Source: Azolla caroliniana
Taxonomy: Eukaryota; Plantae; Polypodiophyta
NCBI GenBank assembly: GCA_043228905.1
Contig: JBHGNT010000020.1
Location: 6,572,001 to 6,636,000, forward strand
Direction: 5' to 3'
Length of the DNA: 64,000 nucleotides
A program made the position numbers and the translations under genes. The notes below the pieces were generated by a model. It did not search any database and was not told where the DNA came from. It worked only from the letters and a program-made list of their open reading frames with translations. Positions 24,640 through 38,700 of this stretch are shown piece by piece; the first letter of the stretch is position 1; every line of letters starts with the position of its first letter.

Positions 24640-27600
24640 CCGGCTTTCCCAGTTCCGGATCCTTCCAATCCATCTGCGTAGTGCGAGCTTTGCCGGTTTC
24701 CCTATCCGGCCTTGATGGATCCGGATTTGTCCGAATCAATGCGCTTCTTCCAACACTCGCTTTCTCTATGGCCTTTCTTGCCACAATACCAACATTTCGT
24801 GTCGGCCTTCCCTTGCCGGTTTTCGGCACCGTTTTGATTCCCCCTGCTCGTGGAGGGTCCGGAACTATTGTCGGCACTATGTCGATGCCTTCGATTCTGC
24901 TCTTGTCGATCGCCTCCATTGCGTGTCGACCCACCTCATCCTCCATGCCCACGCGGCCGGTCCGCCTCCATGTACAACATCTGGTTGTCCGGTTGAGTGG
25001 TCCTCGACCCACTCACGTAGTTTTCTTCGACCATCAGCATTGATTGCAAGTCGAAGATGGACGGTGGCTTCTCCCGGGTGCAGATCATCGTCCGGATTGG
25101 CCCGTACCACTGTGTCCACCAAGGCATATTTGTACCATTTCGTCTTTGTCCGCCGTCACATTGATGGACCCGAGCGCGTCACAAATCTCCTTTATTTTGG
25201 TGGTGTACTCTGTAACCAACACATCTCTCTGTCGGATGTTGTTCAGCTCTTGCCGAAGCTACAACTTACGGGTTGTGGTACTTGCAACGAAAATCTTCCG
25301 GAGATTTTCCCAGGGCTCCTTCGTCGTTTTTGCATCCTTGATGTAGCCACACATTTGATCATGCACACAGGATGCGAGGCAGTACAACACTCTACTCGCT
25401 CCTTTTTCCCATGCCAGAAAGTCCTTGTGTGCCGGTTCCGGTGCCTACATTGTTCGTTCCTTCCACATAGCTCCAATAACCATGCCCCAGTAGGTACTGA
25501 TGCATTTAATATGACTAGGATGCATAGTGGCTCCGGTCGAGCTTTTCTACGGGGAAGGGAACTTGCCATACCTCTGTCCATCTTGGTTCTCTTCTTTTCT
25601 TCACCGGGTGTTAGGGTTTGTCTTCGGAAGCGTCTGTCAGTTGCAGAGGTTCTCAACCCTCGCACTCTGATACCATGTGAAAGTTTATATGTGGAAGCAT
25701 ATGACAAACCGGCTCAGTCGGATACCAACAGAACGTAAAGAGAAGAAGATTTAACAGAGAATGCACATGAGAGATAGAGGGGGCAGAGAGAGTAGGACAT
25801 AAAACTCAAATTTGTTACATTAAGAAATAGTGAGAAAGAAAAAAAACAAATGAGAATGAACAAAAGACACCTAAATGACTTTGCACTAGCTCAATTAGTT
25901 GAAGTGCATGATTATCAAACTAGAGGTTACGAATTTCTCTCACTTGAACTATAAATACTTTTGAAAAGATGATGGCAAAAGGTGGCCAGTCAAATTGATT
26001 GCTCATGCATGATTAAAAAGAAGAAGAAGAAAAGAAAATTCTAATTTTAACATAATGGAAAACCATTGATAAAAATAGTTTTGATAGCCACGATGATGAA
26101 AAATGACCAAATACATCAAATTGACCATCCATCCAACTTTAAATTTAGTAAAGCGGAAAACACTCCTATTAGAAGATTGTCCCTAGGGCTTTTTATTTTG
26201 GGTAGTTCTTGGGGTAAAGTCTTCACTTTATTAGGGGTAAATGAGTGACATGCTCAATTATGGCGTAATTGTTCTATTAAATATTGAAATTATAATTTCC
26301 TAGTCCATCCTATCTATTTGGCAATGTATTTATTTTTGTTGTGTATTCATGGATGTCTCTACAAGTGGGGTTTCTACAAGTGTACATGCATATAAATGGA
26401 CAATCTAAACTCTCAAATATGTGTGGTTTTTATAGGAGTTTTTCGAAAATTGTATGCATTACAGTAAAAGTTCAATTGCGCAAACTAATGTGAACCCTCC
26501 AACCCAAACTATAAAAGGAGGCTATGGCTATGAAGAGGTGCAATGGTTGTTGAATTGGTTAGTGGGTTGATAACTAATTGCAATAGATTGTGCAAGAAGT
26601 CTGAATGCCATATTCTTTTGTGTATTATGTACGATGTAATGTTTATCTCATTTTGTCTTGTGAATAGTGTGCTTTTACATATCTTGCTCCTTTGTTAGTA
26701 TATTCCATTGTGATAGAAACCATTAATTAGCTCACTACAAGGTGTACTGCACTCTACTACATGTGGTGGCTCTATTGAGCAATGTGGTGGAATTCCAACA
26801 CAATAGTCGGGTATGTACCCTACTATAATGAATGTGTTGGTAACTTTTCAAATCATGCACAATGCATATTATTTGAATTTGAGGGGTACTTTAGATATCA
26901 TACCTAATGCCTACAAACATGTCTCACTTTGAGAATAAATTACTCACTCTATCTGACATACGTTCGTCAAAGCAAAGACATCAATCTTGATTTCTAAGCC
27001 TCATACAACATTGTGGGTTGGTTGGTTAACTGAATTAAATATTATATGACGATGAGACATGAAACACACAATATTTGTGTTATAACATTTTATAACCCAT
27101 ACCATAGGGTTGATATTCATGTTACCATAACATGACAATAAGTTTTTCATGCTAGAAAGATTGGTTTGATACAATGTCAAGCTAATTTTTCAACAAGGGA
27201 TGTCTGATTTGACAAGGTTCGTGATAAAACAAAGGAACCAAACGAATGATTGTACACATTATGGCTTTGGCGTTGATATTGATTTGATGCCTCTTGATGG
27301 ATTATGAACATTATACTTCCAAATGACGTTATGTATGAACTTTATCTTGGATAAACATACAATGAGGCCCTATTCTATGAGAATCTAGCTACTTAAATTA
27401 AGATTTCTATGAAATTGTACACATATTGTGGGTTTGTAGGTAGCTCTTAAGCTTTCCATAGAATTGTACTCATATTGTGGATATGTAGATAGTGTTTTGA
27501 TAAGCCTATGCAACTAAAGTTGTTCAATATGTGGGCTCTAAGTAAAAGTATGTATTCTCGTTCAAACAACCATTTATTGTGAATATCAGTTGCTCATGCT

Positions 27601-29767
27601 TTGTCACAAACTATTTCAAATTCTACAAGGTAGTATGACTTAGTCATTATCTAGACAACAATAATAATTTGAAGTAGGGATGGTTGGGAGTGACGCAATG
27701 AGTGTAAGTAACACCTCTTCTAATTTGCGTAAAGTTGGAGAATGGGCATAAGCAAGGAAAAGTATAACAAGGTTAGTGCACTGTGTCACTTGGTTAAGTT
27801 CACTCGAGTAAGGGATCATGGAATTAACTTTGCTCGAGACACAATTGAGTGTACAAACAAATGACATGTGTGAGGAACAATTTGCCTCGATATACATGTG
27901 ATATGATGTGATTGAGTGTTAAAATCGACAAAATGTAAGATAATCGATGAATTATATGTATATTATTGACCTAAAACACAAACCCCTAGAGTGTGATGAT
28001 AATACACATATTAAACAACAAAGCAAGAAATTCAAATCCAAAAGACTTATCCCCTTAATGTCATGATACTACATATAAAAAAGATAAGCATTCCAATCTC
28101 AAAATGATTTCCAAGATTTGTACATGGGAGAAGTGCACCAAATTAAATAGCTTAGACAAAAGAGGAAGTGCTCTGAGGATTGTGAGTGTAGCATTTTGGG
28201 AGTTGTTCGAGGTCAAGAGACAAGAACATGCACTAATTACGAAGAAGAGTTAGGACTATGAGTGGTTTTGGTTAAGTGAAAACTTTGATTTGTAGGTATT
28301 CATGAGCCTGGTAAAAATAACATGTAGGGAGGAAGGGGGGGCAAAAAGGTTAAGAGATATCTAATTGATAAACCTTTGATAGAAAGGTAAGACAAAGCAT
28401 TATCAAATGCTCAATACACAACATAAATAATGGACTTGGGGAATGGGCACGGCGTTGTAAGAAGGACATGTATGATGGAAGCATGCTAGCTTCCGGTCAA
28501 GCCTAATTTATATAATAGGAGAGCATGATAATCCATTTTCTTTATATCATGTCATATTGAGCCATGATCAATGGCCCCCTTGTCCCATGAATGCACTCCA
28601 CGAGTCATTCATCATAGGCAAGAGTGTGTTGAAGATTAATCTCAAAATTTGTGAATCAAACAACATTAAATTAACAATATCTTGCCACATGGATGGTTGT
28701 AATTTAAAATTACGGAGTAGAACAATCGGTAGTGAGATTCACAAATGGAAGCCCAAAATTCTGATCACCAAAATTTTAACCATAAATGCAAAAATCATCA
28801 ATTGGAATTTTAATTATTTGCTCACACATAATAAAATAACACATTAACACTTTGATTTCTATGATTTGCTCACAATTTGGAATTTTACATTCGCCATAAA
28901 TCCCACTTCATGAGGCCATCATAAATCCCACTTCATGGTTGTGGATATAAATTCACTATGATAACCAAACACAATCAAGAATGAGGGGAGAGAGAAGCCT
29001 TGGAATGGATGCTAACTATCCATTATTGGGTATAATACCATATACTTACAAGTTGAAGAGGGCGATGGTCTAGCTAAAAATTAGTTCTTGTGTCATGCAG
29101 GTTGCAATTGCACATGATCACCACTTGTTTAATCATCTTGTCTCAATCCTTTGTAATTGTCACACACCTTTCGAGATCCTACGAATGGACATGCAAGAGC
29201 TTGGTTTTAAAAAAGTGAGTAGCTTAAGTAGTAAGAATATAAGAGCAATGTTTACAAGAGACAAACAGAAACTAGTATTGGTAAATAAAGTTGTGCATGT
29301 GATTCCTCGGGCATTCTATGAAATCCCACTTGGCACAATTTTAATATACATATGCTTGCTTGCAAATACTTAGGCCCAACAATTACCCCCTTATCAAGAC
29401 CGCAATGCCCATTGGCACATCGATTTATTACCGAGTCATGAACACATATATGCAAAATTTTCATGTCAAGATCATATATGGATCATGCCGTTTTTGGATT
29501 TTCCCAAAGCTACCTTCCAAGCTTGACACCCGAGGGATCCATCCATTGCCCAAACGAACCTCATCCTCGGTTCACGCGTCATGACAAAATATGCCAAACT
29601 TCATGTCATTCTCTCTGTCTCCTAAGATATTGAAGTGTACATCTCTTAAACTCTCCTAAGACTTTATTTACTTCCCCATGTATATATTTAAGAAGAATCA
29701 ATGATTTTGTTTTGCTTGTCATAGTGAACAATTAGGGTTTGGATACTTACAAAATTTGGCTATCATT

Positions 29768-29944
29768 TCTCTCTCTCGCGCTCTCTCTCTCTCAATAGAT
29801 ATATGTGTGGGGTGTTGATCTTGATTTAGAATCCTCATCGAATTCAAGGTGTAAAATCATCATTTCCATTTGCTTTCAAATGACCCAAAAAAGAGTACAA
29901 AAAAGATGTGTACATTTGAGTAAAGAAAAATGCATTCAAAGCAA

Positions 29945-29981
<37 letters not shown>

Positions 29982-30869
29982 CTCTCTCTCTCTCTATTGC
30001 TTGCCCCTTCTCTTCCCAACATATATAATATTCATTCCCTCTCTCTCTCTCTCTCTCTCTTCCCGTGTTCTGAAATAATAAGCATTTCTCTCTCTTCCCC
30101 CTGTTCTGGATTTATTTTATGCATTCATTCTCTCTCTCTCTCTCTCTCTCTCTTCCCCCTGTTCTGGATTTATTATGTATGTATATGCATTCATTCTCTC
30201 TCTCTCTCTCTCTCTCTTCCCCTGTTCTGGATTATTGACATGCATTCCCCACTCTTGCCTTCTTCTATTCTCTCTACCTGCCCTCTCGAATCATCATCAT
30301 CTCTTCTCTTCTTTTCAATGTATGTATGTATATAAATTATATACATTTATGTATGTATACTTACTTATTGTATATGTATACATATGTATATGTATATATG
30401 TAGTATGTATGTATGTACATTGGGGGAGGGGGAGGGGGGAAGAGCACAACGAAAATAAGTGCAGTTTCTAAAGCATTCCTAATTTTTCGAAAATTTTCCC
30501 CCTGTGAGAATACCTTTTTCTCTCTCACTCACTCACACTCTCTCTCTAGTAACTAGTTTCACATGTTTCTGTCTCTGTCTGTCTGTCTCTCTCTAGTTTC
30601 ACATGTTGTCTCCCTTCCCCTGTTCTATTTTTGGCTTCATATATCACTCACTCACTTACTCGCTTTTATGTCTACTCTCTTCTTCTGCTTTTAATTGTCA
30701 CATGCTTTTACTTCTCTTTCCCCCCTCCCCTCTTCTTCTTCTTTCTGGATTTTGTGATATGCATTCCTCTCTCTCTCTCTCTAGTTTCACATGCTTTTTT
30801 ACATATGTATCCTCTCTCCTGTTCTGGATTAGTCTCACAAATGCATTCCTGTCTCTCTTCTAATTTCAG

Positions 30870-30915
<46 letters not shown>
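29768..30915. repeat. (CA)n/(CT)n microsatellite cluster with degenerate (CT)n-TCCCCTGTTCTGGATT repeats, upstream of the 5-phosphatase gene (possible promoter or 5' UTR intron)
   Basis: CA run at 29947-29978. Several CT runs followed by TTCCC(C)TGTTCTG at about 30060, 30095, 30155 and 30215. Long CT run at 30872-30913. Confidence 0.75.
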
Positions 30916-30919
<4 letters not shown>

Positions 30920-31456
30920 CCGAGCCCTTGTTTCCTGTTGTTATAACAGCTTTTTCTCAGCTCACCCACAGGGCAGGGCATCCATCCAAAATTCTCTCAT
31001 TTAACACCTCCAATTTTCCTGCCAATTATGGTTGGTTTTCAACCATAATCCCTCCTCAATTGGCCTAATAATTAATCTATGTATGACCTTTTTGAAGGAA
31101 ACATTTCAATAATATGTACCCAAGAAGAAAGAAAACTGGAGTGATAATACAGAAAACAAACAGAGAGTATAGTAATAAAATAGAAGAAACAGAGGAGAGT
31201 AAAAAAATAAAGGAGGGAGCATACATTATGTATAATAAAAGAAACAGAGTATAATAGAATAGAAGGAACAGAGAGTATAATAATAGAAGAACCAGAGAAC
31301 AATTGAAGAAACAAACCATAATAGAAGAAAGGAACAGCGTGTATGTACTGTAGGGTAGAGAGTCAGAGTGTTCCTTCCTTCGCCCGCCCATTTGTAAGGG
31401 TTCCCTTTTATTCCATCTAAATCCTACCTCTGAATGCTTTAATTTCTGTCTCGAAA

Positions 31457-31495
31457 ATGAGAGTGGCTGAAGATAACAGGAGTTCCAGAATTAAG
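31457..31495 (+). CDS. 5PTase exon 1 ([13 protein letters not shown])
   Basis: AAAATG start and AAG|GTTAA donor, in phase with exon 2. Confidence 0.65.
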
Positions 31496-34400
31496 GTTAA
31501 CATTTATCTTAATTATTTTCACCTCAATTCAGTGGAATATGTTTCCTTTTCTGCCTACATTTTGGGTTAATTATACATTTCTTCTATGTATTTTTGTTTT
31601 GTTTTGTTTTGTTTTGCTCTTGTTATTATTATATAGTTCTGGTCCAAGCTCTCCTTCAAGAAATGGTTAAGTCGAAAACATGAGAAACAAGGTTATCATG
31701 CAGATCGGCTCGATATAGATGCTTGTTCTACAGATAGTGAGCAAGAAGACATAGGTATTGTACTAAAAATTCAATTGAATTTAACTTCACTCTACTCTAC
31801 TCTACTCTGCTCTACCTCTACTCTGTTTCCACATTTTCCCCCACTATGATTCTCAAATTCTCGTATTGACTGTGTCTCGAGAAGACCCTAACATTTTGAA
31901 TTCATCTGTAGGGGAAATAATGAAGGAAACTGGTTCTTTTTCCCATATGGGAAATATGAAGGAAATTTACGCTGTTTCCTACATGTGAAATGTTTTGAGT
32001 TCATTGTAAGGAAAGACATCAGAGATAAAAGACAAGACTTAATAGTTTCCTACATAGGAAAACAGCCTCCATCTCAATTGAACTATATATATATATATAT
32101 ATGCTCTGTCTCACCTGTAGAAGCTCATAATGATTGTAGGGAAACATATGGGAAAATGACCTATTTCCCACATGGAGACATAAGGGAAATCATGCTCTTG
32201 TTTTCTCAACATGGATAGTTAGTTGGGCTCTTTCTTGCCTAGCTACGTTTGATCTGCCTCTCTCACTGATACAATCTCGTAATGTTGAAAAACCTCAGAA
32301 CAATGATGAAAAAACATGTAGAAATGTGCGGAACTTTCTTACCCCAACTGGCAAATTAATTGGAAGAAAACTTCTTGTGATAGATTCAATTTGTACTCTT
32401 ATTCACTAATTCCTTGTGTTGCAATTCATATACATCAAATGTGTTTCGTTTAGGTGTATGGGAGGATGAAATGGAGAGACGATACAGTTGCTCGGCTACA
32501 GATTTTCAGCTTCCTCGGTCTTTCTCGACAGGTTCATTTTAACTTTATATTGTTTACATTTATTATTACTTGGAAAAGAATCAAGCATTAGTGAAAAAGA
32601 CTCATCATTTAGGGTTTTATTTATGAGTTCTAATGAATGCTTATATGTTAGATTTGCTTCATTTTTATTTGCAAAAGAATCAAGTTACTAAATTAGGGCT
32701 TCAAAAATTCGAAAAGCAATAGGTCGAGTATCATCATTTATGATCTCTTCGATCTCGATCCCTACAATTTCTAATAAAAAAACTCCTGTCTTCTAACTAA
32801 TTCAAGCTGTACTGGAAGTCTTTAAGTTCTAATGCAAGATTCATGTTTACACATGCTTTTAAAGGTTTTGAAGCGAGACACTCTTCTGCTACGTTGATGC
32901 CTAGAGATTGTGAAGTTTTGAAGTCAAAACTAACCGACGTTCAAAATTTCAGGTTACAATCTTTCTTTCTCTTAGGTTTTATTAAATCTACATATATCAC
33001 TTGCCATTAGTTTGTTATAAGTATGGTGTTTGGTCATGCTTAAATTGTCTGTATAGTTAACTGGTACATATATGTATATGTATATTATACCAATCAACCT
33101 TACATTTATGTCTATGCGGTTAGCTATTGAGACTGTAGGGCTGACTAAATAGCTTCAGTGAGCCAATGGGACTATCATTGGGCTCAGTCACTCTAGTAAT
33201 GTATAAAGTTGTGTTTCTCAATGTTATGGTATCAGAGTCTTTGTTGGAACTTGGAATGTTGGAGGAAGACCTCCCAATGACAGACTAGACATTGAGGAGT
33301 GGCTAGGAAGCTTGAAAGAGCCAGCTGACATATATGTGATTGGGTAAGTATTTTATTGCACTGATATACATGGAAGTGATTCATTCAATCCACTAGTTTA
33401 AACCTCAATGCTAATTGCTTATAATTTGAATGAAATAACTCATTGTAGGTTTCAAGAAGTTGTCCCTTTGAGTGCTGGTAATGTCCTTGGTGCTGAAAAC
33501 AATGGACCAGCTGCCAGATGGCAACACCTTATTCGTCACACACTGAACTACACAAGCTGTAATTCTGGAAGCTTCCGGCGAAGTTGTAGCACTCCTTCAT
33601 CATTGTGGCAGGAGACTTCGATGGATTTTACAGATACTTGCAATCAAGACTTGGGTGGTATCAATCTAACATCATTTGCTAGTAGAGGAACCCCAGTGCC
33701 TTCACCTGTGTTAAACAGTAGATCGTCAAGTGGTTACCGGTCGTCTCAGAACCGATCTCGGTATGCCATGATTGCTAGCAAGCAAATGGTGGGGTTGTTT
33801 GTGTCAGTATGGGTTAAAAGTGACTTGAGACGAAGTGTTCGCAATGTGAAGGTCTCTTGTATAGGATGCGGTCTCATGGGCTACCTAGGAAACAAGGTAA
33901 AAAGGCTTCATACCTTTGGGATCAAATCCAAAATATATTCAAATACAAGATGATTGCTTTTTTGTGTTTACTAACTCCAATGTGTGTGTGTGTGTGTATG
34001 TTATTTGTTTGTGATGCAATAGGGATCTATATCTGTCAGTGTGTGTCTCCATCAAACCACATTTTGCTTTGTGTGTAGTCACTTGGCATCGGGGCAAAAG
34101 GATGGGGATGAAATCAGACGGAACTCGGACGTTGCAGAGATTTTGAAAAGAACACAATTTCGACGTGCGGATGATATGAATGGAGCAGGGCTCCCAGAGA
34201 CCATCTTGGAGCATGAGTAAGAAAAACGACCCAATGGAAAACAGACTGCATTATTATAAAAACAGCTAAATAAATCTTAGAAGAAGCCTAGTTTGAAAGC
34301 AAGTATTTTTTATTTAAAAAAAGTTGTCTCAAGGAAGAGAAAAAATCAATAAGTGTTTCAAATAATCTATGGGTTTTTTTCTGTTATATGTGGATTTTTG

Positions 34401-35751
34401 TTTTGTTCATGTTTCCAACTTTTATAAGAAAAGGGGAATAGCGTGTTAAGATTATGTTTTGCAAGCAATGCCCTGCTCTTCAATGTACTTATATATGCAA
34501 TGCCATGGTTTTCTCTTGTTCAGTCGGGTCATCTGGCTCGGGGACCTCAACTATCGGCTAGCTCTATCACCCAGTGTAACGAGATCTCTGCTTGCGAGGG
34601 AAGACTGGGATGCACTCTTAGAAAAGGATCAGGTGAAGAAAATGTGTGCATATTTTAGATAGCTCAATAATCATTCTGTAGTAGATACCTGGAATTTTGT
34701 TTTATGCTTCGAAAGATACCTGTTTGGGCACAGTTTCCCTCTTTTGGTGGATAAAAGGATTTCTCGTGGTATCCCTTAGATTCCATTGCACAGATTCTAC
34801 CATATCATATATCAATAGAAAGTCCTTGAAGTGTATAGTTTATAATATGCGAGGTTCTATGTTGAATTTCTTAGAAGGTCCAAAAATGAGTCTGAATAGT
34901 TCAATATATGCTACCTCAAAAGCAGCCAGTATAATGTTATGTTCATAGTCTTAAAGCTGATGAGTACTGAATCCCCATGACACACTAATGATAACTTTGG
35001 AATTAATTCATTTGGATGTTGCAGCTCCAAATACAAAGGAAAGCCGGGCGAGTCTTCAGTGGATGGTATGAAGGCAAAATCTACTTTGCTCCCACATACA
35101 AGTATAGAGCTAATTCTGATAGCTATACGCTCGAGAAAGGCTCATCAAAGCTTGGGGAGAAGAAACGAACTCCCGCATGGTATATATATATATATATATA
35201 TGTAATAGACATATGATAAGAGATTTGTGCTTTTTCATGGGGGAAAGGAGGGGATATAGGGGGTGGGACATCAAACCATCATCATGCCCCTAACTTGTTG
35301 GGCATTGGTTATAAAAATAACTCTAGCTTTCAAAATGTACCAGAACACCCCCTTTATATCGTAGAGTGTATTGTACCGCATAGGGAGTATTTGGGTAAAA
35401 TAAGTCAGACAAGTTAGTGGTGTTTTTTCTTCGTCTTTTTGACAAAATTAAGCTTTTCAATACTTAATTTCTTAAGAATTTTAATTTTTTATTATAAATA
35501 CTGTTTTTTTTGTAACCTTATTATTGTTTGGTACATGTAGGTGTGATAGGATCCTTTGGTATGGAAGTGGTCTCAAGCAACTTGCTTATGTTCGGGCTGA
35601 AACAAAGTTTTCGGATCATCGGCCAGTGTATGCGGTGTTTTCAGCTGAAGTTGAGGTCTTAAGCCGGAAAAAGCTGAAAGATTTCCTCATGTTCAAATCA
35701 GCAAAAGTCCAAATTGAAGAGTTGTTACCTTCTTCTTGCGATGAACGGTGA
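31457..35751 (+). CDS. Type I inositol-polyphosphate 5-phosphatase (plant 5PTase/CVP2/IP5P family), 10 coding exons, about 515 aa
   Basis: Exons 31457-31495, 31637-31754, 32454-32531, 32865-32952, 33236-33343, 33449-33896, 34023-34216, 34524-34632, 35025-35179 and 35541-35751. All introns are GT-AG with consistent phases (1548 nt total). Motifs [73 protein letters not shown]. Confidence 0.93.
31637..31754 (+). CDS. 5PTase exon 2
   Basis: [12 protein letters not shown]...STDSEQED is the typical N-terminal motif of plant type I 5PTases; TAG acceptor and GT donor. Confidence 0.8.
32454..32531 (+). CDS. 5PTase exon 3
   Basis: Open phase 1-1 exon between TTAG and AG|GTTC; weakly conserved region. 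Confidence 0.6.
32865..32952 (+). CDS. 5PTase exon 4
   Basis: ...TDVQNFR leads into RVFVGTWNV; phase 1-2. Confidence 0.7.
33236..33343 (+). CDS. 5PTase exon 5
   Basis: [10 protein letters not shown]...EPADIYVIG. Confidence 0.9.
33449..33896 (+). CDS. 5PTase exon 6
   Basis: [16 protein letters not shown]...[14 protein letters not shown]...GLMGYLGNK. Confidence 0.93.
34023..34216 (+). CDS. 5PTase exon 7
   Basis: [24 protein letters not shown]...[15 protein letters not shown]...PETILEH. Confidence 0.92.
34524..34632 (+). CDS. 5PTase exon 8 (catalytic motif I)
   Basis: [12 protein letters not shown]...LLEKDQ. Confidence 0.93.
35025..35179 (+). CDS. 5PTase exon 9
   Basis: [20 protein letters not shown]...KKRTPAW. 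Confidence 0.93.
35541..35751 (+). CDS. 5PTase exon 10 (catalytic motif II, stop)
   Basis: CDRILWYG...[11 protein letters not shown]...EELLP, TGA at 35749-35751. Confidence 0.9.
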
Positions 35752-38700
35752 TTTTAAATATCAAATTTCTTGCCTTATTTGTGAATCTCTCTTATATATA
35801 AATAGATAGATAAATTGAGAAAGATAGAGAGATAGAGAAAGTCAATTCAAGAAAATCACCAAATAATTTGTATTATGTTCTTTCTTTGTATAGGAAATCA
35901 CGGCGAGTTTAAACGGAGGGACAAATTCTGTCCTCTATTCCTCTCTCTCACACACATTTTTCTCTACTCCTTGTACATATATAAATGTCTCTTGAGAAGA
36001 TTTACAATGAAATTGGCAATTTGTGCAAAGGTATACCGACTAGTTCAATTAATATAATTTCTGGAGTACATCGAACTTTCATTATTACTTGATTCATGTT
36101 GTGTTATATGGTTTTTTTGGCAGCTACAATTTATACTAGGGAAAAGGAGAGTCAAGATAAGGGCATGCAATAACATCTGTCTTTATTTAGCCTAATAACA
36201 TGTATGACAGTTATTTTTTTTTAATATAAACAAATAGATAGATAGATTTGTTTCATAAAATAAATCTAACAAATTAAGTCTGCTTGTATATATATATATC
36301 GTCAGGTGAACTTGTGAGCGAAATATCATCGGGAGTTCGGTCTTTCAAAACCTGGATTCATTCGATTGTAAAGAGTTCCAAAGCTGTTGCAGCTATCGAC
36401 ATACATCAACTAACTATATAGAGATCCCATATCAAATATATCGATTCTTCAAGATTTTTTTATAGGGGGGATTGAAATAATATTGTACTTTGACTAATGT
36501 GAGATAACAAAGAAAAAAAAACTTATTTGCCCCAAAAGCTCTCAATCGTGAAACACTGTAAGAAAATGTACATTAAGTCTCAGCAAAATATGCTTCTGCT
36601 CAACAAGCCTTTTGACCCATGTAATCAATCCAGAAAATCGATTGTTATGTTAGTAAAGGGCACACACAGTGGAATGTTTTTCATTACATTTTTTCTATAT
36701 AATATAAGCTTACAATTTTGAAGATTTCTTTCCCCAACATTATAACAGTGACCATATGATTGTATTATAGGAGCATAATACTATAGTAAAATGACACCTT
36801 TTGTAATGATTGTCATAATATCTCCGTTCATTTGCGAGTGATAGATCTTACAATGAGAAGAGCTACGTTAAACCTTTATAAAGCTATGTGAGAAACTTTC
36901 CATCCTTTCTTTTTACATGTTTTCTTTCTAAAGGTCATTTTGCAAATTTCTACTGACAAAAGTAAAATAAGTTAGTATCAAAAGAGAAAGCGAATCCAAA
37001 GTGGTACAAAACATGCAGAAACTCTTGTGAAGGAAGAGATATGTATATATGTAATGCAAGTGTTTCCTCCCCTAAATAAAGAAGAGACCAACTTTTGCTC
37101 TGCAAATTAAATAGGGTGAGAGCTTTTCTTTCTTTACAACAGTTTCATACTAGGATTAATAAAGGTGTGTGTTAAAAGCAAATAGTAAAGAACACGATGC
37201 GGTAAAGTTCCGTTTACTGAGCAAACAAACGACAATGCTTTTCCTCATAAAGAGTACCATGAGGCATGGTGCTTTGCCAATCCTAGCACCAATGTGTATA
37301 TTTCTTTGCATAATATACAATCTTGTCCAAGGTAAAAAGAAAGAAACAACGAATCAAAGAAAAAGTTCCGTTACCTTTGCGGGACCTTATTGTTCACAAA
37401 AGAAGGTATAAAAAAAAGTAGGTAGCTCTCTTCCACTTAGAATCAGCTAAACTTTTCAAACTTGATCGTTAGAACTATTTTGATGTCAAAAAGGTTAGAG
37501 AAAAAAAATAGCCCTTCCACTAAGGAATCGGCCAAACTTTCGAACGTGATCATTTTAACTCGACAAATTAGAAAGCAACAAACCGTGATGCGCGGGCGAC
37601 ATTGAAGACCATTTGATTTACTTTCAAAGAAACCTAGGTAAAAATATGTGAATTTTATTCATGCTACTAACATGATGGTTGATATGTGAATTTATAAAGA
37701 TGAAAGGGAGGTAATGATAAAACAAACATTGTTGGAAGATTTGTCCAAGTCCTAATATTGACAAAACCAAGAGAGTGGAAAGGAGAGACAAATTTCGGTT
37801 TACTTATTTTCAAACAATGAAAACACGTGCTCGCCCAAATCTTAAATATGAACTCGTGGTTTTCCATGTACAATCTAGTTTTTATGAGGATGTTTTTCTT
37901 ATGTAGCGATTTATTGACATAAGCATATAAACCATTGTGTGTGCTTAAAATGAAAGGGTGCTTATATTATGTATGTGAGTTTCAGGACAATCTAGTTTTA
38001 TGTAGAGATGATACATGTACCAAAGTTTTATGAATATAAACAAATTTATGCGGATATCAAGTATTGTTGTGTTATCGAAGCGCGTAAACTATTGTTGCTA
38101 GTATTTCTTAACACGAACGAGTTTATATGTTTTGTCTTTAGCTTTTCATATCTCTTATACATTGCACATACGTTATACGGTACAACTCCGCATCGTATTT
38201 AGATGCTAATTATGATACCTCAAAATTCAACCAACTGCACACACAAAATCCCAAATTTCCAAATAAAATCCTATATGGGAAATCCAATGGGAAATGATTT
38301 GGAAAAAATGAATCCCATGTAGTTCATTACTACTTGTGGAAAAAAAAGAGGAAGAAGAAAAGAATAGATTTTGTTGAGTTAATGCTAAGAAATAATGGAG
38401 TGTAATGGTTGGTCTCAATGATGATGTTTTCTTGGACCCAACGGACAAAATCGACACAATGTGTATACAACAAGCAATGTTCACAAACATAACAAAAACA
38501 AGAAATCAATTTAAGGTAAAATAGATCAAATTACGCTAACAATTGTGTAAACTTGTTAAAAGATTATTGTGTGTGTGCGTGTGCACGCTAGACATTTGGG
38601 TTTGGGCCTTGAATTCAAAGTCCAAGGACAATATTTCATCGGAAAAGAAATCAATGCCTAGGTAGGGCCACATTAGTTGGCGTGTCATTATGCAACTTTT

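Larger units (their letters stand above)
19201..25810 (-). mobile_element. Decayed Ty1/Copia (family A, copy 2) with a truncated 5' LTR
   Basis: 3' LTR at 19201-19606, PPT complement CTCCCCCTCAAG at 19607-19618, PBS complement at 25664-25675, partial 5' LTR at 25676 to about 25810. Minus-strand motifs WYVDSGAS, LYLDDL, GYTDADWA, ALSSTEAEY. Confidence 0.88.

Noticed and set aside
24923-25738. 271-aa plus-strand ORF and similar antisense ORFs over retroelements
   Set aside because: They are shadow frames opposite Copia gag/pol with no independent evidence.
29805-31391. Several 80-176 aa ORFs (SLSLSL, HTHTHT, F/L/Y-rich)
   Set aside because: They are translations of microsatellites and low-complexity DNA.
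33227-33237. TGGTATCAGAG, identical to a tRNA-iMet PBS, inside the 5PTase gene
   Set aside because: It overlaps the exon 5 splice acceptor, with no LTR upstream and no gag downstream; most likely coincidence.
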